From: the human T2T-CHM13v2.0 reference genome, Homo sapiens
Assembly (NCBI RefSeq): GCF_009914755.1
Contig: NC_060925.1
DNA: 64,000 nt
Direction: 5' to 3' (one strand)
The position numbers and the translations under genes were made by a program. This document shows, in pieces, positions 1 to 14,000 of this stretch; the stretch's first letter is position 1; each line of letters begins with the position of its first letter. Below the pieces are notes generated by a model that searched no databases, was not told the origin of the DNA, and was given only the letters and a program-made list of their open reading frames with translations.

Positions 1-306
1 CAATCATCGAATGGACTCAAATGGAATTATCCTCAAATGGAATCGAATGGAATTATCGAATGCAATCGAATGGAATTTTCGAATGCAATCGAATAGAATC
101 ATCGAATGGACTCGAATGGAATCATCGAATGGAATGGAATGGAACAGTCAATGAACACGAATGGAATCATCATTGAATGGAATCGAATGGAATCATCGAG
201 TGGAATCGAATGGAATTATGATCAAATGGAATCGAATGTAATCATCATCAAATGGAATCAAAAATAACCATCATCAATTGGTATTGAATGGAATTGTCAT
301 CAAATG

Positions 307-2082
307 GAATTCAAAGGAATCATCATCAAATGGAACCGAATGGAATCCTCATTGAATGGAAATGAAAGGGGTCATCATCTAATGGAATCGCATGGAATCA
401 TCACCAAATGGAATCGAATGGAATCATCATCAAATGGAATCTAATGGAATCATTGAACAGAATTGAATGGAATCGTCATCAAATGAATTGAATGCAATCA
501 TCGAATGGTCTCGAATGGAATCATCTTCTAATGGAAAGGAATGGAATCATCGCATAGAATCGAATGGAATTATCATCGAATGGAATCGAATGGTATCAAC
601 ACCAAACGGAAAAAAACGGAATTATCGAATGGAATCGAAGAGAATCTTCGAACGGACCCGAATGGAATCATCTAATGGAATGGAATGGAATAATCCATGG
701 ACTCGAATGCAATCATCATCGAATGGAATCGAATGGAATCATCGAATGGACTCGAATGGAATAATCATTGAACGGAATCGAATGGAATCATCATCGGATG
801 GAAACGAATGGAATCATCATCGAATGGAAATGAAAGGAGTCATCATCTAATGCAATTGCATGGAATCATCATCAAATGGAATCGAATGGAATCAACATCA
901 AATGGAATCTAATGGAATCATTGAACAGAATTGAATGGAATCGTCATCGAATGAATTGACTGCAATCATCGAATGGTCTCGAATGGAATCATCTTCAAAT
1001 GGAATGGAATGGAATCATCGCATAGAATCGAATGGAATTATCATCGAATGGAATCGAATGGAATCAACATCAAACGGAAAAAAACGGAATTATCGAATGG
1101 AATCGAAGAGAATCATCGAATGGACCCGAATGGAATCATCTAATGGAATGGAATGGAATAATCCATGGACTCGAATGCAATCATCATCGAATGGAATCGA
1201 ATGGAATCATCGAATGGACTCGAATGGAATAATCATTGAACGGAATCGAATGGAATCATCATCAGATGGAAATGAATGGAATCATCATCGAATGGAATCG
1301 AATAGAATTATGGAATGAAATCCAGTGTGATCATCATCGAATGGACCCGAATGGAATCATCATCCAACGGAAGCTAATGGAATCAACATCGAATGAATCA
1401 AATGGAAACACCATCGAATTGAAACGAATGGAATTATCATGAAATTGAAATGGATGGACTCATCATCGAATGGATTCGAATGGAATCATCGAATAAAATT
1501 GATTGAAATCATCATCGAATGGAATCGAATGGTATCATTGAATGGAATCGAATGGAATCATCATCAGATGGAAATGAATGGAATCGTCATAGAATGGAAT
1601 CGAATGGATTCATTGAATGGAATCAGATGGAATCATCGAATGGACTGGAATGGAATCATTGAATGGACTCAAAAGGGATCATGATTGAATGGAATTGAAT
1701 GGAATCATCGAATGGTCTCGATTGGAATCATTATCAAATGGAATCGAATGGAATCACCGAATAGAATCGAATGGAACAATCATCGAATGGACTCAAATGG
1801 AATTATCCTCCAATGGAATCGAATGGAATTATCGAATGCAATCGAATGGAATTATCGAATGCAATCGAATAGAATGATCGAATGGACTCGAATGGAATCA
1901 TCGAATGGAATGGAATGGAACAGTCAATGAACTCGAATGGAATCATCATTGAATGGAATCGAATGGAATCATCGAGTGGAATCGAATGGAATTATGATCA
2001 AATGGAATCGAATGTAATCATCATCAAATGGAATCAAAAATAACCATCATCAATTGGTATTGAATGGAATTGTCATCAAATG
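307..2082 (+). repeat. Canonical 1,776-bp unit (EcoRI to EcoRI), representative copy
   Basis: GAATTC at 307-312 and 2083-2088. Once-per-unit landmarks: aaatccagtgtgatc (~1318), cggaagctaatgg (~1368), aagggatc (~1673), ggaacagtcaatg (~1917), aaaaataaccatc (~2036). Confidence 0.95.
359..1294 (+). repeat. Internal 468-bp tandem duplication within the unit (sub-repeat A ~359-826, B ~827-1294; boundaries approximate)
   Basis: aatgaaagg at 361 and 829; aacggaaaaaaacgg at ~606 and ~1074; near-identical pseudo-ORFs at 467 and 935. Diagnostic A/B differences: ttctaatggaaagg vs ttcaaatggaatgg; ggtatcaacacc vs ggaatcaacatc; tcttcgaacgg vs tcatcgaatgg. Confidence 0.93.
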
Positions 2083-5000
2083 GAATTCAAAGGAATCATC
2101 ATCAAATGGAACCGAATGGAATCCTCATTGAATGGAAATGAAAGGGGTCATCATCTAATGGAATCGCATGGAATCATCATCAAATGGAATCGAATGGAAT
2201 CATCATCAAATGGAATCTAATGGAATCATTGAACAGAATTGAATGGAATCGTCATCGAATGAATTGAATGCAATCATCGAATGGTCTCGAATGGAATCAT
2301 CTTCTAATGGAAAGGAATGGAATCATCGCATAGAATCGAATGGAATTATCATCGAATGGAATCGAATGGTATCAACACCAAACGGAAAAAAACGGAATTA
2401 TCGAATGGAATCGAAGAGAATCTTCGAACGGACCCGAATGGAATCATCTAATGGAATGCAATGGAATAATCCATGGACTCGAATGCAATCATCATCGAAT
2501 GGAATCGAATGGAATCATCGAATGGACTCGAATGGAATAATCATTGAACGGAATCGAATGGAATCATCATCGGATGGAAACGAATGGAATCATCATCGAA
2601 TGGAAATGAAAGGAGTCATCATCTAATGCAATTGCATGGAATCATCATCAAATGGAATCGAATGGAATCAACATCAAATGGAATCAAATGGAATCATTGA
2701 ACGGAATTGAATGGAATCGTCATCGAATGAATTGACTGCAATCATCCAATGGTCTCGAATGGAATCATCTTCAAATGGAATGGAATGGAATCATCGCATA
2801 GAATCGAATGGAATTATCATCGAATGGAATCGAATGGAATCAACATCCAACGGAAAAAAACGGAATTATCGAATGGAATCGAAGAGAATCATCGAATGGA
2901 CCCGAATGGAATCATCTAATGGAATGGAATGGAATAATCCATGGACTCGAATGCAATCATCATCGAATGGAATCGAATGGAATCATCGAATGGACTCGAA
3001 TGGAATAATCATTGAACGGAATCAAATGGAATCATCATCGGATGGAAATGAATGGAATCATCATCGAATGGAATCGAATAGAATTATGGAATGAAATCCA
3101 GTGTGATCATCATCGAATGGACCCGAATGGAATCATCATCCAACGGAAGCTAATGGAATCAACATCGAATGAATCGAATGGAAACACCATCGAATTGAAA
3201 CGAATGGAATTATCATGAAATTGAAATGGATGGACTCATCATCGAATGGATTCGAATGGAATCATGGAATAAAATTGATGGAAATCATCATCCAATGGAA
3301 TCGAATGGTATCATTGAATGGAATCGAATGGAATCATCATCAGATGGAAATGAATGGAATCGTCATAGAATGGAATCGAATGGATTCATTGAATGGAATC
3401 AGATGGAATCATCGAATGGACTGGAATGGAATCATTGAATGGACTCGAAAGGGATCATGATTGAATGGAATTGAATGGAATCATCGAATGGTCTCGATTG
3501 GAATCATTATCAAATGGAATCGAATGGAATCACCGAATAGAATCGAATGGAACAATCATCGAATGGACTCAAATGGAATTATCCTCCAATGGAATGGAAT
3601 GGAATTATCGAATGCAATCGAATGGAATTATCGAATGCAATCGAATAGAATCATCGAATGGACTCGAATGGAATCATCGAATGGAATGGAATGGAACAGT
3701 CAATGAACTCGAATGGAATCATCATTGAATGGAATCGAATGGAATCATCGAGTGGAATCGAATGGAATTATGATCAAATGGAATCGAATGTAATCATCAT
3801 CAAATGGAATCAAAAATAACCATCATCAATTGGTATTGAATGGAATTGTCATCAAATGGAATTCAAAGGAATCATCATCAAATGGAACCGAATGGAATCC
3901 TCATTGAATGGAAATGAAAGGGGTCATCATCTAATGGAATCGCATGGAATCATCATCAAATGGAATCGAATGGAATCATCATCAAATGGAATCTAATGGA
4001 ATCATTGAACAGAATTGAATGGAATCGTCATCGAATGAATTGAATGCAATCATCGAATGGTCTCGAATGGAATCATCTTCTAATGGAAAGGAATGGAATC
4101 ATCGCATAGAATCGAATGGAATTATCATCGAATGGAATCGAATGGTATCAACACCAAACGGAAAAAAACGGAATTATCGAATGGAATCGAAGAGAATCTT
4201 CGAACGGACCCGAATGGAATCATCTAATGGAATGGAATGGAATAATCCATGGACTCGAATGCAATCATCATCGAATGGAATCGAATGGAATCATCGAATG
4301 GACTCGAATGGAATAATCATTGAACGGAATCGATTGGAATCATCATCGGATGGAAACGAATGGAATCATCATCGAATGGAAATGAAAGGAGTCATCATCT
4401 AATGGAATTGCATGGAATCATCATAAAATGGAATCGAATGGAATCAACATCAAATGGAATCAAATGGAATCATTGAACGGAATTGAATGGAATCGTCATC
4501 GAATGAATTGACTGCAATCATCCAATGGTCTCGAATGGAATCATCTTCAAATGGAATGGAATGGAATCATCGCATAGAATCGAATGGAATTATCATCGAA
4601 TGGAATCGAATGGAATCAACATCCAACGGAAAAAAACGGAATTATCGAATGGAATCGAAGAGAATCATCGAATGGACCCGAATGGAATCATCTAATGGAA
4701 TGGAATGGAATAATCCATGGACTCGAATGCAATCATCATCGAATGGAATCGAATGGAATCATCGAATGGACTCGAATGGAATAATCATTGAACGGAATCG
4801 AATGGAATCATCATCGGATGGAAATGAATGGAATCATCATCGAATGGAATCGAATAGAATTATGGAATGAAATCCAGTGTGATCATCATCGAATGGACCC
4901 GAATGGAATCATCATCCAACGGAAGCTAATGGAATCAACATCGAATGAATCGAATGGAAACACCATCGAATTGAAACGAATGGAATTATCATGAAATTGA

Positions 5001-8000
5001 AATGGATGGACTCATCATCGAATGGATTCGAATGGAATCATCGAATAAAATTGATTGAAATCATCATCCAATGGAATCGAATGGTATCATTGAATGGAAT
5101 CGAATGGAATCATCATCAGATGGAAATGAATGGAATCGTCATAGAATGGAATCGAATGGATTCATTGAATGGAATCAGATGGAATCATCGAATGGACTGG
5201 AATGGAATCATTGAATGGACTCGAAAGGGATCATGATTGAATGGAATTGAATGGAATCATCGAATGGTCTCGATTGGAATCATTATCAAATGGAATCGAA
5301 TGGAATCACCGAATAGAATCGAATGGAACAATCATCGAATGGACTCAAATGGAATTATCCTCAAATGGAATCGAATGGAATTATCGAATGCAATCGAATG
5401 GAATTATCGAATGCAATCGAATAGAATCATCGAATGGACTCGAATGGAATCATCGAATGGAATGGAATGGAACAGTCAATGAACACGAATGGAATCATCA
5501 TTGAATGGAATCGAATGGAATCATCGAGTGGAATCGAATGGAATTATGATCAAATGGAATCGAATGTAATCATCATCAAATGGAATCAAAAATAACCATC
5601 ATCAATTGGTATTGAATGGAATTGTCATCAAATGGAATTCAAAGGAATCATCATCAAATGGAACCGAATGGAATCCTCATTGAATGGAAATGAAAGGGGT
5701 CATCATCTAATGGAATCGCATGGAATCATCACCAAATGGAATCGAATGGAATCATCATCAAATGGAATCTAATGGAATCATTGAACAGAATTGAATGGAA
5801 TCGTCATCAAATGAATTGAATGCAATCATCGAATGGTCTCGAATGGAATCATCTTCTAATGGAAAGGAATGGAATCATCGCATAGAATCGAATGGAATTA
5901 TCATCGAATGGAATCGAATGGTATCAACACCAAACGGAAAAAAACGGAATTATCGAATGGAATCGAAGAGAATCTTCGAACGGACCCGAATGGAATCATC
6001 TAATGGAATGGAATGGAATAATCCATGGACTCGAATGCAATCATCATCGAATGGAATCGAATGGAATCATCGAATGGACTCGAATGGAATAATCATTGAA
6101 CGGAATCGAATGGAATCATCATCGGATGGAAACGAATGGAATCATCATCGAATGGAAATGAAAGGAGTCATCTTCTAATGCAATTGCATGGAATCATCAT
6201 CAAATGGAATCGAATGGAATCAACATCAAATGGAATCTAATGGAATCATTGAACAGAATTGAATGGAATCGTCATCGAATGAATTGACTGCAATCATCGA
6301 ATGGTCTCGAATGGAATCATCTTCAAATGGAATGGAATGGAATCATCGCATAGAATCGAATGGAATTATCATCGAATGGAATCGAATGGAATCAACATCA
6401 AACGGAAAAAAACGGAATTATCGAATGGAATCGAAGAGAATCATCGAATGGACCCGAATGGAATCATCTAATGGAATGGAATGGAATAATCCATGGACTC
6501 GAATGCAATCATCATCGAATGGAATCGAATGGAATCATCGAATGGACTCGAATGGAATAATCATTGAACGGAATCGAATGGAATCATCATCGGATGGAAA
6601 TGAATGGAATCATCATCGAATGGAATCGAATAGAATTATGGAATGAAATCCAGTGTGATCATCATCGAATGGACCCGAATGGAATCATCATCCAACGGAA
6701 GCTAATGGAATCAACATCGAATGAATCGAATGGAAACACCATCGAATTGAAACGAATGGAATTATCATGAAATTGAAATGGATGGACTCATCATCGAATG
6801 GATTCGAATGGAATCATCGAATAAAATTGATTGAAATCATCATCGAATGGAATCGAATGGTATCATTGAATGGAATCGAATGGAATCATCATCAGATGGA
6901 AATGAATGGAATCGTCATAGAATGGAATCGAATGGATTCATTGAATGGAATCAGATGGAATCATCGAATGGACTGGAATGGAATCATTGAATGGACTCGA
7001 AAGGGATCATGATTGAATGGAATTGAATGGAATCATCGAATGGTCTCGATTGGAATCATTATCAAATGGAATCGAATGGAATCACCGAATAGAATCGAAT
7101 GGAACAATCATCGAATGGACTCAAATGGAATTATCCTCAAATGGAATCGAATGGAATTATCGAATGCAATCGAATGGAATTATCGAGTGGAATCGAATAG
7201 AATCATCGAATGGACTCGAATGGAATCATCGAATGGAATGGAATGGAACAGTCAATGAACTCGAATGGAATCATCATTGAATGGAATCGAATGGAATCAT
7301 CGAGTGGAATCGAATGGAATTATGATCAAATGGAATCGAATGTAATCATCATCAAATGGAATCAAAAATAACCATCATCAATTGGTATTGAATGGAATTG
7401 TCATCAAATGGAATTCAAAGGAATCATCATCAAATGGAACCGAATGGAATCCTCATTGAATGGAAATGAAAGGGGTCATCATCTAATGGAATCGCATGGA
7501 ATCATCATCAAATGGAATCGAATGGAATCATCATCAAATGGAATCTAATGGAATCATTGAACAGAATTGAATGGAATCGTCATCGAATGAATTGAATGCA
7601 ATCATCGAATGGTCTCGAATGGAATCATCTTCTAATGGAAAGGAATGGAATCATCGCATAGAATCGAATGGAATTATCATCGAATGGAATCGAATGGTAT
7701 CAACACCAAACGGAAAAAAACGGAATTATCAAATGGAATCGAAGAGAATCTTCGAACGGACCCGAATGGAATCATCTAATGGAATGGAATGGAATAATCC
7801 ATGGACTCGAATGCAATCATCATCGAATGGAATCGAATGGAATCATCGAATGGACTCGAATGGAATAATCATTGAACGGAATCGAATGGAATCATCATCG
7901 GATGGAAACGAATGGAATCATCATCGAATGGAAATGAAAGGAGTCATCATCTAATGGAATTGCATGGAATCATCATAAAATGGAATCGAATGGATTCAAC

Positions 8001-11000
8001 ATCAAATGGAATCAAATGGAATCATGGAACGGAATTGAATGGAATCGTCATCGAATGAATTGACTGCAATCATCGAATGGTCTCGAATGGAATCATCTTC
8101 AAATGGAATGGAATGGAATCATCGCATAGAATCGAATGGAATTATCATCGAATGGAATCGAATGGAATCAACATCCAACGGAAAAAAACGGAATTATCGA
8201 ATGGAATCGAAGAGAATCATCGAATGGACCCGAATGGAATCATCTAATGGAATGGAATGGAATAATCCATGGACTCGAATGCAATCATCATCGAATGGAA
8301 TCGAATGGAATCATCGAGTGGACTCGAATGGAATAATCATTGAACGGAATCGAATTTAATCATCATCAGATGGAAATGAATGGAATCATCATCGAATGGA
8401 ATCGAATAGAATTATGGAATGAAATCCAGTGTGATCATCATCGAATGGACCCGAATGGAATCATCATCCAACGGAAGCTAAAGGAATCAACATCGAATGA
8501 ATCAAATGGAAACATCATCGAATTGAAACGAATGGAATTATCATGAAATTGAAATGGATGGACTCATCATCGAATGGATTCGAATGGAATCATCGAATAA
8601 AATTGATTGAAATCATCATCGAATGGAATCGAATGGTATCATTGAATGGAATCGAATGGAATCATCATCAGATGGAAATGAATGGAATCGTCATAGAATG
8701 GAATCGAATGGATTCATTGAATGGAATCAGATGGAATCATCGAATGGACTGGAATGGAATCATTGAATGGACTCGAAAGGGATCATTATTGAATGGAATT
8801 GAATGGAATCATCGAATGGTCTCGATTGGAATCATTATCAAATGGAATCGAATGGAATCACCGAATAGAATCGAATGGAACAATCATCGAATGCACTCAA
8901 ATGGAATTATCCTCCAATGGAATGGAATGGAATTATCGAATGCAATCGAATGGAATTATCGAATGCAATCGAATAGAATCATCGAATGGACTCGAATGGA
9001 ATCATCGAATGGAATGGAATGGAACAGTCAATGAACTCGAATGGAATCATCATTGAATGGAATCGAATGGAATCATCGAGTGGAATCGAATGGAATTATG
9101 ATCAAATGGAATCGAATGTAATCATCATCAAATGGAATCAAAAATAACCATCATCAATTGGTATTGAATGGAATTGTCATCAAATGGAATTCAAAGGAAT
9201 CATCATCAAATGGAACCGAATGGAATCCTCATTGAATGGAAATGAAAGGGGTCATCATCTAATGGAATCGCATGGAATCATCATCAAATGGAATCGAATG
9301 GAATCACCATCAAATGGAATCTAATGGAATCATTGAACAGAATTGAATGGAATCGTCATCGAATGAATTGAATGCAATCATCGAATGGTCTCGAATGGAT
9401 TCATCTTCTAATGGAAAGGAATGGAATCATCGCATAGAATCGAATGGAATTATCATCGAATGGAATCGAATGGTATCAACACCAAACGGAAAAAAACGGA
9501 ATTATCGAATGGAATCGAAGAGAATCTTCGAACGGACCCGAATGGAATCATCTAATGGAATGGAATGGAATAATCCATGGACTCGAATGCAATCATCATC
9601 GAATGGAATCGAATGGAATCATCGAATGGACTCGAATGGAATAATCATTGAACGGAATCGATTGGAATCATCATCGGATGGAAACGAATGGAATCATCAT
9701 CGAATGGAAATGAAAGGAGTCATCATCTAATGGAATTGCATGGAATCATCATAAAATGGAATCGAATGGAATCAACATCAAATGGAATCAAATGGAATCA
9801 TTGAACGGAATTGAATGGAATCGTCATCGAATGAATTGACTGCAATCATCCAATGGTCTCGAATGGAATCATCTTCAAATGGAATGGAATGGAATCATCG
9901 CATAGAATCGAATGGAATTATCATCGAATGGAATCGAAGGGAATCAACATCCAACGGAAAAAAACGGAATTATCGAATGGAATCGAAGAGAATCATCGAA
10001 TGGACCCGAATGGAATCATGTAATGGAATGGAATGGAATAATCCATGGACTCGAATGCAATCATCATCGAATGGAATCGAATGGAATCATCGAATGGACT
10101 CGAATGGAATAATCATTGAACGGAATCGAATGGAATCATCATCGGATGGAAATGAATGGAATCATCATCGAATGGAATCGAATAGAATTATGGAATGAAA
10201 TCCAGTGTGATCATCATCGAATGGACCCGAAAGGAATCATCATCCAACGGAAGCTAATGGAATCAACATCGAATGAATCGAATGGAAACACCATCGAATT
10301 GAAACGAATGGAATTATCATGAAATTGAAATGGATGGACTCATCATCGAATGGATTCGAATGGAATCATGGAATAAAATTGATGGAAATCATCATCCAAT
10401 GGAATCGAATGGTATCATTGAATGGAATCGAATGGAATCATCATCAGATGGAAATGAATGGAATCGTCATAGAATGGAATCGAATGGATTCATTGAATGG
10501 AATCAGATGGAATCATCGAATGGACTGGAATGGAATCATTGAATGGACTCGAAAGGGATCATGATTGAATGGAATTGAATGGAATCATCGAATGGTCTCG
10601 ATTGGAATCATTATCAAATGGAATCGAATGGAATCACCGAATAGAATCGAATGGAACAATCATCGAATGGACTCAAATGGAATTATCCTCCAATGGAATG
10701 GAATGGAATTATCGAATGCAATCGAATGGAATTATCGAATGCAATCGAATAGAATCATCGAATGGACTCGAATGGAATCATCGAATGGAATGGAATGGAA
10801 CAGTCAATGAACTCGAATGGAATCATCATTGAATGGAATCGAATGTAATCATCGAGTGGAATCGAATGGAATTATGATCAAATGGAATCGAATGTAATCA
10901 TCATCAAATGGAATCAAAAATAACCATCATCAATTGGTATTGAATGGAATTGTCATCAAATGGAATTCAAAGGAATCATCATCAAATGGAACCGAATGGA

Positions 11001-14000
11001 ATCCTCATTGAATGGAAATGAAAGGGGTCATCATCTAATGGAATCGCATGGAATCATCATCAAATGGAATCGAATGGAATCATCATCAAATGGAATCTAA
11101 TGGAATCATTGAACAGAATTGAATGGAATCGTCATCGAATGAATTGAATGCAATCATCGAATGGTCTCGAATGGAATCATCTTCTAATGGAAAGGAATGG
11201 AATCATCGCATAGAATCGAATGGAATTATCATCGAATGGAATCGAATGGTATCAACACCAAACGGAAAAAAACGGAATTATCGAATGGAATCGAAGAGAA
11301 TCTTCGAACGGACCCGAATGGAATCATCTAATGGAATGGAATGGAATAATCCATGGACTCGAATGCAATCATCATCGAATGGAATCGAATGGAATCATCG
11401 AATGGACTCGAATGGAATAATCATTGAACGGAATCGATTGGAATCATCATCGGATGGAAACGAATGGAATCATCATCGAATGGAAATGAAAGGAGTCATC
11501 ATCTAATGGAATTGCATGGAATCATCATAAAATGGAATCGAATGGAATCAACATCAAATGGAATCAAATGGAATCATTGAACGGAATTGAATGGAATCGT
11601 CATCGAATGAATTGACTGCAATCATCCAATGGTCTCGAATGGAATCATCTTCAAATGGAATGGAATGGAATCATCGCATAGAATCGAATGGAATTATCAT
11701 CGAATGGAATCGAATGGAATCAACATCCAACGGAAAAAAACGGAATTATCGAATGGAATCGAAGAGAATCATCGAATGGACCCGAATGGAATCATGTAAT
11801 GGAATGGAATGGAATAATCCATGGACTCGAATGCAATCATCATCGAATGGAATCGAATGGAATCATCGAATGGACTCGTATGGAATAATCATTGAACGGA
11901 ATCGAATGGAATCATCATCGGATGGAAATGAATGGAATCATCATCGAATGGAATCGAATAGAATTATGGAATGAAATCCAGTGTGATCATCATCGAATGG
12001 ACCCGAATGGAATCATCATCCAACGGAAGCTAATGGAATCAACATCGAATGAATCAAATGGAAACACCATCGAATTGAAACGAATGGAATTATCATGAAA
12101 TTGAAATGGATGGACTCATCATCGAATGGATTAATGGAATCATCGAATAAAATTGATTGAAATCATCATCGAATGGAATCGAATGGTATCATTGAATGGA
12201 ATCGAATGGAATCATCATCAGATGGAAATGAATGGAATCGTCATAGAATGGAATCGAATGGATTCATTGAATGGAATCAGATGGAATCATCGAATGGACT
12301 GGAATGGAATCATTGAATGGACTCGAAAGGGATCATGATTGAATGGAATTGAATGGAATCATCGAATGGTCTCGATTGGAATCATTATCAAATGGAATCG
12401 AATGGAATCACCGAATAGAATCGAATGGAACAATCATCGAATGGACTCAAATGGAATTATCCTCAAATGGAATCGAATGGAATTATCGAATGCAATCGAA
12501 TGGAATTATCGAGTGCAATCGAATAGAATCATCGAATGGACTCGAATGGAATCATCGAATGGAATGGAATGGAACAGTCAATGAACTCGAATGGAATCAT
12601 CATTGAATGGAATCGAATGGAATCATCGAGTGGAATCGAATGGAATTATGATCAAATGGAATCGAATGTAATCATCATCAAATGGAATCAAAAATAACCA
12701 TCATCAATTGGTATTGAATGGAATTGTCATCAAATGGAATTCAAAGGAATCATAATCAAATGGAACCGAATGGAATCCTCATTGAATGTAAATGAAAATG
12801 GTCATCATCTAATGGAATCGCATGGAATCATCATCAAATGGAATCGAATGGAATCATCATCAAATGGAATCTAATGGAATCATTGAACAGAATTGAATGG
12901 AATCGTCATCGAATGAATTGAATGCAATCATCGAATGGTCTCGAATGGAATCATCTTCTAATGGAAAGGAATGGAATCATCGCATAGAATCGAATGGAAT
13001 TATCATCGAATGGAATCGAATGGTATCAACACCAAACGGAAAAAAACGGAATTATCAAATGGAATCGAAGAGAATCTTCGAACGGACCCGAATGGAATCA
13101 TCTAATGGAATGGAATGGAATAATCCATGGACTCGAATGCAATCATCATCGAATGGAATCGAATGGAATCATCGAATGGACTCGAATGGAATAATCATTG
13201 AACGGAATCGAATGGAATCATCATCGGATGGAAACGAATGGAATCATCATCGAATGGAAATGAAAGGAGTCATCATCTAATGGAATTGCATGGAATCATC
13301 ATAAAATGGAATCGAATGGAATCAACATCAAATGGAATCAAATGGAATCATTGAACGGAATTGAATGGAATCGTCATCGAATGAATTGACTGCAATCATC
13401 CAATGGTCTCGAATGGAATCATCTTCAAATGGAATGGAATGGAATCATCGCATAGAATCGAATGGAATTATCATCGAATGGAATCGAATGGAATCAACAT
13501 CAAACGGAAAAAAACGGAATTATCGAATGGAATCGAAGAGAATCATCGAATGGACCCGAATGGAATCATCTAATGGAATGGAATGGAATAATCCATGGAC
13601 TCGAATGCAATCATCATCGAATGGAATCGAATGGAATCATCGAATGGACTCGAATGGAATAATCATTGAACGGAATCGAATGGAATCATCATCGGATGGA
13701 AATGAATGGAATCATCATCGAATGGAATCGAATAGAATTATGGAATGAAATCCAGTGTGATCATCATCGAATGGACCCGAATGGAATCATCATCCAACGG
13801 AAGCTAATGGAATCAACATCGAATGAATCAAATGGAAACACCATCGAATTGAAACGAATGGAATTATCATGAAATTGAAATGGATGGACTCATCATCGAA
13901 TGGATTCGAATGGAATCATCGAATAAAATTGATTGAAATCATCATCGAATGGAATCGAATGGTATCATTGAATGGAATCGAATGGAATCATCATCAGATG

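Noticed and set aside
636-656. Possible heat-shock element (gaagaGAAtcTTCgaac) in each A sub-repeat
   Set aside because: Only two properly inverted nGAAn units, where a canonical HSE needs three; expected by chance in GAA-rich sequence.
1495-1512. Possible DUX4 site (aaattgattgaaatca; also tgattgaatgg at ~1682)
   Set aside because: Only a partial match to TGATT[AG][AG][AG]TTA; it cannot be called without a PWM scan or ChIP data.
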